From: Desulfobulbaceae bacterium
Lineage (GTDB): Bacteria; Desulfobacterota; Desulfobulbia; Desulfobulbales; SURF-16
Assembly: GCA_027859235.1 (NCBI GenBank)
Contig: JAQIBE010000250.1
Coordinates: 1 to 47,597 of the forward strand
Direction of reading: 5' to 3'
Length of the DNA stretch: 47,597 bases
Of this stretch, positions 17,136 through 25,201 are shown one piece after another. Both the position numbers and the translations under genes were made by a program. The first letter of the stretch is position 1. Every line of letters begins with the position of its first letter. The notes beneath the pieces are model-generated. The model did not search any database, was not told the origin of the DNA, and worked only from the letters and a program-made list of their open reading frames with translations.

Positions 17136-19343
17136 ATGTCTAAAATAATCTGTTCAGCAGCTATCCGCGGTGCTCAAAAAATCGTTGATATGTCTGAAGA
17201 AAAATATGAGTGGGCTCTGCAGAAATACGGAGCGGATCAGGAAGTTAAGTTCCCTAATACGGCCTATTACCTGCCCATCATCTATTCAATACTTGGTGCA
17301 AAGGTTGAAAAGCTCGGCGACATGAAAGATATCTTTCAGGAATGCCGCACCCTGTTGCCAGGATCTGTTTCCGACAACACGTGGCTCCCCTATCTGGGTC
17401 AAGCCCTTGATGCTGGTATGGCGACATATTTTGCAGAAGAGATGTTTGAGGCCATTCGCAATGTCGAGACGCCTGATTTCTTTACAGGAACGGAAGAGCC
17501 AACGGACGCCAATCTGTTTTTAGGCGCTGCTGATGATGTTATTTTCAGAAAGCGCGGTGTTGAATTTGTTGACGGCTCTGCCCCTGGCTTTGCTGCCATT
17601 GTCGGTGCTCCGGATGATCCTGCGGTGGCTGAAAAGATTGCCCTCGAGTTACAGGAAAAAAATCTTTACATCTTCATGCATGACTCTTCGGTCAACGGCA
17701 AGAATATGAGTCGGCAGCTGGTGGATCAAGGTGTTCAGGTTGGCTGGAATACCCGTCTCGTACCCTTTGCTGATTCCTACACCTCGGTTGTCTTCTCCAT
17801 CGGTTTTGCCTGTCGTGTGGCCATGGCCTTTGGTGGGATTAAGCCGGGTGATGCCACGGCCAACCTTCTCTATAATAAAAACCGGACCTTTGCCTTTGTT
17901 ATGGCCTTTGGTGATGTTTCTGATGAATGGTATGCCAATGCCGCCGGTGCCATTAACTGGGGATTCCCAACTATCTCTGACTTTGATATTCCAGAGATTC
18001 TGCCCACAGGTGTCTGTACCTATGAGCATGTTGTCGCCAATGTTCCCCATGAGGAGTTTGTCCAGAAGGCCATTGAAGTGCGCGGCCTGAAGGTCAATAT
18101 TGCTAAGATCGACATCCCCATGTCCTTTGGCCCTGCCTTTGAGGGTGAGCGTATCCGTAAGGATGACCTGTACATGGAATGTGGTGGTGGACGTACCACA
18201 GGTGTTGAGGTGCTTATCTCCAAGGAGATGGATGAAATCGAAGATGGTCTTGTCACCCTTGAAGGAATGGATATCTGTGATATTGAGCAGGGACAAAACT
18301 TGCCGATCAGTATTCTGGTTGAGGTTGCCGGTCGTGAGATGCAATCTGATTTTGAGCCCATTCTGGAGCGGCAATTCCATCATCTGATGAACTATATTCA
18401 AGGCATCATGCATATTGGTCAACGTGACATCATGTGGATTCGTATCGGCCATGGTGCCGTTGAAAAAGGATTCTCTTTCAAGCACTTGGGTAAAGTACTT
18501 CATGGTAAGCTTCATCAGGAGTTCGGTGCCATTCTGGATAAGGTTCAGGTCAAGATTTCCACTGTTCAAGAAACTGTTGAGCAGGTTATGGAACTTGCAA
18601 AAACTGTGTATCACGAACGTGATCTTCGTCTGGGATCCATGACTGATGAAACAGAGGATGTGTTCTACTCCTGCACCCTGTGTCAATCGTTTGCACCTTC
18701 CCATGTCTGTGTTATTACCCCTGAGCGAGTCGGCATGTGCGGTGCCTATAACTGGCTTGACGGTAAGGCCTCCTACCAAATAAATCCAACCGGTCCCAAT
18801 CAGCCCATTGAAAAGGGAACCTGCTCCAGTGAATCTTTTGGCGATTTTGAAGGTATCAACACATTCGTTAACCAAACTTCCCGTGGAGCCGTTCCAGAGG
18901 TGAGCCTCTACTCCCTGATGAATAACCCTATGACCGCCTGTGGTTGTTTTGAGGCCATTGCGGCCATGCTTCCCCAATGTAATGGTATTATGATCGTTGG
19001 TCGTGATTATCGCGGCATGACTCCTGCTGGTATGAAGTTTACCTCCCTCGCCGGTATGGCAGGCGGTGGTGCCCAGACTCCAGGGTTCATGGGCGTATCC
19101 AAGCATTTCCTCACCAGTAAAAAGGTGTTCTTTGCTGAGGGTGGACTTAAACGTATCGTCTGGCTGCCGAAGATGCTGAAGGAAGAGATTTCCGAGAAGC
19201 TTAAAGAGCGCTGTGCTGAAATGGACATGCCTGAATTCTACGACATGATTGCCACTGAGGAGAATGGAACCACTGAAGAAGAGATCATGGTATTCCTCAA
19301 GGAAAAAGGCCATCCTGCCCTTGAAATGGAAGCAGCGGTTTAA
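17136..19343 (+). CDS. acsB: CO-methylating acetyl-CoA synthase (A-cluster subunit)
   Basis: N-terminal FPNTAYYLPIIY, A-cluster ligands CTLCQSFAPSHVCVITPER and the Cys-Gly-Cys motif MTACGCFEAI. The 735-aa length is typical of bacterial AcsB. Confidence 0.96.
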   Translation: MSKIICSAAIRGAQKIVDMSEEKYEWALQKYGADQEVKFPNTAYYLPIIYSILGAKVEKLGDMKDIFQECRTLLPGSVSDNTWLPYLGQALDAGMATYFAEEMFEAIRNVETPDFFTGTEEPTDANLFLGAADDVIFRKRGVEFVDGSAPGFAAIVGAPDDPAVAEKIALELQEKNLYIFMHDSSVNGKNMSRQLVDQGVQVGWNTRLVPFADSYTSVVFSIGFACRVAMAFGGIKPGDATANLLYNKNRTFAFVMAFGDVSDEWYANAAGAINWGFPTISDFDIPEILPTGVCTYEHVVANVPHEEFVQKAIEVRGLKVNIAKIDIPMSFGPAFEGERIRKDDLYMECGGGRTTGVEVLISKEMDEIEDGLVTLEGMDICDIEQGQNLPISILVEVAGREMQSDFEPILERQFHHLMNYIQGIMHIGQRDIMWIRIGHGAVEKGFSFKHLGKVLHGKLHQEFGAILDKVQVKISTVQETVEQVMELAKTVYHERDLRLGSMTDETEDVFYSCTLCQSFAPSHVCVITPERVGMCGAYNWLDGKASYQINPTGPNQPIEKGTCSSESFGDFEGINTFVNQTSRGAVPEVSLYSLMNNPMTACGCFEAIAAMLPQCNGIMIVGRDYRGMTPAGMKFTSLAGMAGGGAQTPGFMGVSKHFLTSKKVFFAEGGLKRIVWLPKMLKEEISEKLKERCAEMDMPEFYDMIATEENGTTEEEIMVFLKEKGHPALEMEAAV

Positions 19344-19371
19344 ATAATAGAGTTTACAGTTGCCAGTTTAT

Positions 19372-19450
19372 GGTTAACGGTTTGAGGATCGTATCTTGAT
19401 AAGATATTTTCTTGAGCCGGCAATCGTAAACCTTAAACCGTAAACCTTAA
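19372..19450 (+). repeat. acsB-acsC spacer structure: 14-nt tandem repeat complementary to an upstream arm
   Basis: cgtaaaccttaa occurs at 19425-19436 and 19439-19450. GGTTAACGGTTTGAGG (19372-19387) can pair with 19431-19446: 14 of 16 Watson-Crick, one G-U, one mismatch. An inner 6-bp hairpin TATCTT-GAT-AAGATA lies at 19392-19406. Confidence 0.6.
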
Positions 19451-19491
19451 TATAATTAATTAGAAATTAAATTTATATAGAGGCTAAAAAA

Positions 19492-20847
19492 ATGGCTTTA
19501 ACTGGTATTCAGATCCTCAAAATGCTCCCCAAGAAGAATTGCGGTGAGTGTAATATTCCAACCTGTCTCGCCTTTGCGATGAAGGTTGCTGCAGGTCAGC
19601 TAGAAATTGGTGAATGTCCCTACGTCAGTGACGAAGTGAAAGAAACCATTGGTGAGGCTTCTGCACCGCCAATTCGTACTGTAAATATCGGTACAGGCGA
19701 TAACTCTTTCACCGTTGGTGGTGAAACCTGTTTGTATCGGCATGAGAAACGTTTTGACAACCAGACCGGTATTGCTGTTCGGGTTACAACCGATATGTCT
19801 GACGCCGATGTTGCTGGCCGGGTTGAGCGTTTCAAGTCCCTGCATTATGATCGCGTTGGGGTAAACCTTAAGGCAGAGCTCATCGCCATCGCTGATACTG
19901 CTGGTGATCAGGGTAAGTTCACCGCATTAACTGAAAAGGTTCTGGCTGATGCACCGGATGCTTCCATCATCCTCATGACCGAAGATGTTGATGCCATGTC
20001 GGCTGCGGTTAAGCTTTGCGGTGACCGCAAGCCTCTGCTCTTTGGCGCTACTGATGAAAACGTTGATGCCATGGCATCTGTGGCCATTGATGCAACTTGT
20101 GCCCTGGGCTGTAAGGGGACTAACCTTGACAATCTCGTTGATGTCTCTGAAAAGGCCATGGAAGCAGGCGTTAAAGATCTTGTTATCGATACCGGCGCTC
20201 GTACCTTACGCGCGGCCTTTGAGGATAACGTGGTTGCCCGTCGTGCTGCAGTGAATGCCAAATATAAGCCCCTTGGTTTCCCCACCATTGTCTTTCCTTG
20301 TGAAATGACCGATGATCCGATGATGGAGGCTATGATTGCCTCTGTTGTTATGGCAAAATATGCTGGAATCATCGTCCTTGATGATCTCCAGGGGGATCTC
20401 CTGTTTCCCCTCCTGCTGGAGCAGCTTAATATCTTTACAGATCCACAACGGCCAATGGTTGTTGCTGAAGATATTTATCCGATTAATGGTCCGGATGCAG
20501 ACTCACCCGTGCTCATCACCTGCAATTTCTCTCTCACCTACTTTATTGTCTCCGGTGAAATTGAAGGTTCTGGTGTGCCATCCCATCTCCTCATTAAAGA
20601 CACAGAAGGTCTCTCCGTGCTGACAGCCTGGGCTGCAGGTAAATTTGGTGCGGATGTCATTGCCGCCTTTATGAAGAAAGCGGGTATTGCGGATAAGGTT
20701 AATCATTCTGAGTTAATTATCCCAGGTTACCTTGCCTCCATGAAGGGTGAGCTTGAAGAAGAGCTCCCCGACTGGACAATTACAATCGGTCCACGGGAGG
20801 CAGGACATCTGCCTGCATTCTTGAAGGCATGGAAACCTGCAGCTTGA
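19492..20847 (+). CDS. acsC: corrinoid iron-sulfur protein large subunit
   Basis: N-terminal 4Fe-4S motif KKNCGECNIPTCLAFAMKVAAGQ..GECPY, followed by TIM-barrel and corrinoid-binding regions collinear with AcsC/CdhE. Confidence 0.93.
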   Translation: MALTGIQILKMLPKKNCGECNIPTCLAFAMKVAAGQLEIGECPYVSDEVKETIGEASAPPIRTVNIGTGDNSFTVGGETCLYRHEKRFDNQTGIAVRVTTDMSDADVAGRVERFKSLHYDRVGVNLKAELIAIADTAGDQGKFTALTEKVLADAPDASIILMTEDVDAMSAAVKLCGDRKPLLFGATDENVDAMASVAIDATCALGCKGTNLDNLVDVSEKAMEAGVKDLVIDTGARTLRAAFEDNVVARRAAVNAKYKPLGFPTIVFPCEMTDDPMMEAMIASVVMAKYAGIIVLDDLQGDLLFPLLLEQLNIFTDPQRPMVVAEDIYPINGPDADSPVLITCNFSLTYFIVSGEIEGSGVPSHLLIKDTEGLSVLTAWAAGKFGADVIAAFMKKAGIADKVNHSELIIPGYLASMKGELEEELPDWTITIGPREAGHLPAFLKAWKPAA

Positions 20848-20856
20848 TTAAGATCA

Positions 20857-20931
20857 GAAGGCAGAGAATATAGAGAAGGTAAAGAATGTAGAGAAATCTC
20901 TTAAGCCATTCTTTACCTTCCCCTTGCCTTC
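20857..20931 (+). terminator. large composite stem-loop between acsC and fdhA (terminator or processing/stability element)
   Basis: GAAGGTAAAGAATG (20875-20888) pairs perfectly with CATTCTTTACCTTC (20907-20920). Outer pair GAAGGCA (20857-20863) / TGCCTTC (20925-20931). Apical AGAG-AAAT-CTCT. A T-rich tract follows (tttatattttttta). Confidence 0.55.
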
Positions 20932-20963
20932 TATACATTCTTTATATTTTTTTATAAAAAACT

Positions 20964-23900
20964 ATGCCCATAACATTAGAAATAAACGGTTCTGAGATTG
21001 TTGCCGAAGCTGGTCTCACCATCCTCGATGTCGCACAGAGATCCGGAATTCATATCCCGACCCTCTGTCATGTTAATGGTAAGAACAGTGATGTGCCTTG
21101 CGGGCTTTGCGTTGTTGAAGTTGCAGGCCAGGAAAAGTTTAGCCGTTCCTGCATGACTGTGGCCATTGACGGCATGCAGATTACTACGGATTCCAAGGAA
21201 CTCACGCAGCACCGTCAAGATCGACTGGCTGTTATTTCCTCCACTCATTTTGGTGACTGTAAGGCCCCGTGTAACTTGACCTGTCCAGGTCAGCTCAATG
21301 TCCAAGGTTATATTGCCCATGTTGCCAAAGGGGAATATGCAGAGGCAGTGCGTCTCATTATGGAACGCAATCCCTTTCCATTTTCCGTAGGGCGTGTGTG
21401 CCCACGTTTTTGTGAGACACGCTGTCGGCGTCTTCTTGTGGATGAGCCTGTTTCCATTAACCATTTAAAACGGTTTGTGGCTGACTGGTGTATGGCCAAT
21501 CATGTTGATCTGAAGATTAAGCGGGAAAAACTCACAGGTAAACGAATTGCTGTCATTGGCGGTGGTCCTGGCGGTCTGACAGGGGCCTATTACCTGGCGC
21601 AAAAAGGCCATAATGTGACGATCTTTGAGGCCAACCCTAAATTGGGCGGCATGCTCAGATACGGTATTCCTGATTATAAGATTCCCCGCCATGTTCTTGA
21701 TTACGAAACCAACCTCATCATGAGGATGGGTATTTCTGTGCGTCTGAATCAGAAATGGGGTGTTGATTTCAACCTGCAGGACCTCAAAGATCAAGGTTAT
21801 GACGCGACCTTGCTGGCAACGGGTGCCGGTGTTGATCAGAAACTTGATGTGCCGGGCTGTCACTTACCCCGGGTACACCATGCTGCTCAGTATCTGCGTG
21901 ATATTGCTGTGGGCACTAAGCATGAGTTTGGCCAGACGGCGGCTGTGGTGGGTGGTAATAATATTGCCATGGAATGTGCCCGATCATTATTACGCCAAGG
22001 TGTTGCGAATGTAACTGTTATCTTCCACCGCGCCCAGGAGGAAATGCCTGCAAATCAGCGGGTTATCCGCGAAGCCACGAAGGAGGGCATTCAGTTTATT
22101 CTCATGGCGTCCCCTGTGCAGGTTTCTGATGATAATGGCAAGATGAAACTTGACTTGGTGCGTATGCGTCTTGGTGAGCCTAATGAGCGGGGAACCCGTC
22201 ATCCAGAAGCCATTCCCAACTCATCCACCTCAATAACCGTTGATACGGTTGTATCTTCCCTGGGCCAGATGGCCTGTGATGGAAGTTTCCAGGGTGGCGA
22301 GCTTGAAAATGGGTTGGCAATTTCGCCGAAGAATACCATCAAGGCATCCCCCCGTGACTTTTTAACCTCTGTCAATGGGGTTTATGCTGTTGGTGACTGT
22401 GTTTCAGGAACGCGTACTGTTATTCAGACCGTTGTCTCTGCCCGTAAGGCTGCCAATAACATTCACTCTTTTGTAACGGGTGAAGCCAAGGATCCTGCTG
22501 ACGATCGTTTCAATTTTACCCGTGGTAAGTCCTTTGAGAAGGTTTCCATGTCTAATTTTGATGGTATTGCGATCAAACTGCGGGAGAAGATGCCGACCCG
22601 GCCGCCAGAGATCGCAGTACAGGATTTTGACGAGGTGAAGTTGGGCTTTTCTGAGCAGATGGCCAAGAATGAGGCGGATCGTTGTTTGTCCTGCGGCTGT
22701 ACAGCCTTTGATCGCTGTGACCTGAAAAAACTCGATATTGATCTCAAGGTTAATATCAATAAGACAGGTATGGGATTGAAGCCTGTTTATGTCAAAGACG
22801 AAAGTCATCCTGTTATCAGCGTTGATCTCAATAAATGTGTGTACTGCATGCGTTGTGTTCACTCCTGTGATTATGACGCCCTGGAGCTGACCCAGAAGGG
22901 AATTGACAAAAATTTCATGGCCACAGGCATTAGCCTCAAGTTTAAGGATAATTGTGTAAATTGCGGGAACTGCGTTGATCATTGCTCAACAGGAGCATTG
23001 AATAAGAAGACATCCATTGTTCCTCTTAACTATGAAAAAATGCAAGAAATCCGTTCAACCTGCCCCTATTGTGGTGCCGGTTGTCAGCTTCTGCTCAAAG
23101 TTAAGGGTGATACCTTAATGGAGGTTTCTTCGGAAGATCATTTAGCGCCAAATTATGGCGCCCTTTGTGTTAAAGGTCGTTTTGCCCATAATTTCGTCCA
23201 ATCCAAAGAACGGCTGACCAAACCGTTGGTTCGCCGCCATGGTCAGCTTGTGGAGACCACCTGGGAAAATGCCTTTAATGTGATTGCCAAGAACTTCTTT
23301 GATATAAAGTCCATGTACGGTGCCGATGCCATTGCTGGCTTCAGCTGTGCCCGGGCCAGTAATGAAGAGAACTACCTCATGCAGAAGTTCATGCGCACAG
23401 CGATCGGGACTAATAATATCGATCACTGTGCCCGACTCTGACACGCTCCAACGGTGGCCAGTTTGGCCCTCACATTTGGAAGCGGCGCAATGACGAACTC
23501 TATTGCGGATACCAAGTTCACAGATCTCTTTTTGATGATTGGCTCAAACCCAGACACCAGTCACCCAACCATCGGTCTCCGTATCCATCAGGCGGTTGAG
23601 CGTGGGGCAAAGCTCATCGTTGTTGATCCCCGGAAGACAAGACTTGCCACTGATGCCGATGAATGGGTGCGGATTCAGCCGGGCACGGATGTTGCCTTTT
23701 TGAATGGACTGATGCATATCATCATTAAAGAAGAGTTGTGGGATAAGAAGTTTGTTGCAGAGCGTACTGAAGACTTTGATGATGTTGTTAAACTGGTTGA
23801 AAAGTATACTCCTGAGTATGTTGAAGAGATCACCACTATTCCGGCAGAGCAACTCTATACGGTGGCCCGGATGTATGCGGCGGAGGGGCGTCATGCCATC

Positions 23901-25067
23901 TTCCACGGCATGGGTATTACCCATTATGTAACAGGTACAGACCGCGTGAAGTCCATTGCGAATCTGGCCATGCTCTGTGGTAAGATGGGTGTCGAGGGTG
24001 GTGGTTGTAATCCTCTCCGGGGCCAGAATAATGTTCAGGGCGCCTGTGATATGGGTGCGCTGTTCAACACCCTGCCAGGTTATGCCGGTCTTGAGGGCTC
24101 TGATATGTTTGAGCGTTACGAAAAGGCATGGAAGACCAAATTGCCGCGTCGTCCTGGAAAACCTGCAACTGAGGTGTGGGAGAATATCTTCAACGGCTCC
24201 ATTCGCGGTCTGTATATCTTTGGTGAAGATCCTGCTGTTGCTGATCCGAATATTGCCCATGTTCAGTCAGGTCTTGAAAAATGCGACTTTGTTGTGGTGC
24301 AGGATCTCTTTCTCACTGAAACAGCTAAGTATGCTGATGTGGTTCTGCCGGGTGCCAGTTTTGCTGAAAAGGATGGTACCTTCACAAACACGGAGCGCCG
24401 TGTTCAGCGTATTCGTAAGGCTGTTAATCCTCCAGGGGAGGCCCGGCCTGACTGGCAGATATTCCGCGATCTCTCCAATAAGATGGGGTACGAATTGCGC
24501 TATGAATCTGCCGAAGATGTCTTTGAGGAGATTCGCTCCTTACTGCCCCAGTATAAGGGCATAAGTTATGCACGTCTTGAAGAGGTCGGACTGCAATGGC
24601 CTGTACCCACTGAAGATCATCCTGGAACCTCTGTACTCCATACAGAATCCTTTACCCGTGGTAAGGGACTCTTTATTCCTGAAGAGTATATACCGCCGGT
24701 TGAACCCACTGATGCAGAGTACCCCATGTACTTTACCACCGGTCGTGACCTTGCCCGCTATAATTTCAGTTCCATGACCGGTAAAACCGCTGAGATTGCT
24801 GAAATAAGTCCTGAGGCCTTTGCTGAGGTGAATCCTGTGGATGCTGAACGGCTGGGAATTAAGGAATTGGACTGGTTGAAGCTCACTTCACGCCGGGGAA
24901 CGGTTAAATTACGGGCGAATATTACCGATCGCTCTCAGGTCGGTACTATTTTTACCACATATAATCATCTTGATGCCTTGGTTAACTTTTTAACTCTGGA
25001 TGCCCTGGATCGTTTATCCCGGTCTCCTGAGTATAAGCTTTGCGCAATCAAGGTTGAAGTAGTTTAG
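20964..25067 (+). CDS. fdhA: selenocysteine-containing formate dehydrogenase alpha subunit fused to N-terminal 2Fe-2S ferredoxin and a GltD-like NAD(P)H:FAD oxidoreductase module (1367 aa, Sec at TGA 23439-23441)
   Basis: ORFs 20964-23441 and 23454-25067 are in the same frame. The read-through gives [30 protein letters not shown], the conserved FDH Sec motif. Also present: GltD-like RIAVIGGGPGGLTGAYYLAQKGH...GGMLRYGIPDYKIP, Fe-S motifs, and the molybdopterin 4Fe-4S motif STCPYCGAGCQ. Confidence 0.9.
23439..23479 (+). promoter_or_regulatory. UGA(Sec) plus SECIS candidate of fdhA
   Basis: Upper stem GGCCA (23456-60) / TGGCC (23464-68) with apical loop GTT. T23455 is unpaired below the stem. 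Lower stem CCAA (23448-51) / TTGG (23476-79). Counting from the U of UGA, the unpaired U is +17 and the loop G,U are +23,+24. Confidence 0.7.
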
Positions 25068-25085
25068 TTAAATTTAGAAAATTTG

Positions 25086-25176
25086 TTAGAACCACGGATG
25101 GACACTGATATCCGTGTTTAGCTGTGGTTCTAAATATAAAACTTAACAATATAGCTAGGCTATTTATCTTGTTAAG
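25086..25176 (+). other. two consecutive strong hairpins in the fdhA-hdrA spacer
   Basis: H1: TTAGAACCAC (25086-95) / GTGGTTCTAA (25125-34), 10 bp perfect, with an alternative inner CACGGAT (25093-99) / ATCCGTG (25110-16). H2: CTTAACAA (25142-49) / TTGTTAAG (25169-76) with inner ATAGC-TAG-GCTAT. Neither has a T-run. Confidence 0.6.
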
Positions 25177-25201
25177 ATACCTATAAAATACGGAGTTTGT
25201 T

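Noticed and set aside
17649-19313. 554-aa ORF on the - strand, the longest antisense ORF in the window
   Set aside because: It lies entirely inside acsB on the opposite strand. Its translation is low-complexity and rich in G, H, L, N and T with no recognisable motif, whereas the + strand product has clear AcsB signatures. It is a shadow ORF of a strongly codon-biased gene.
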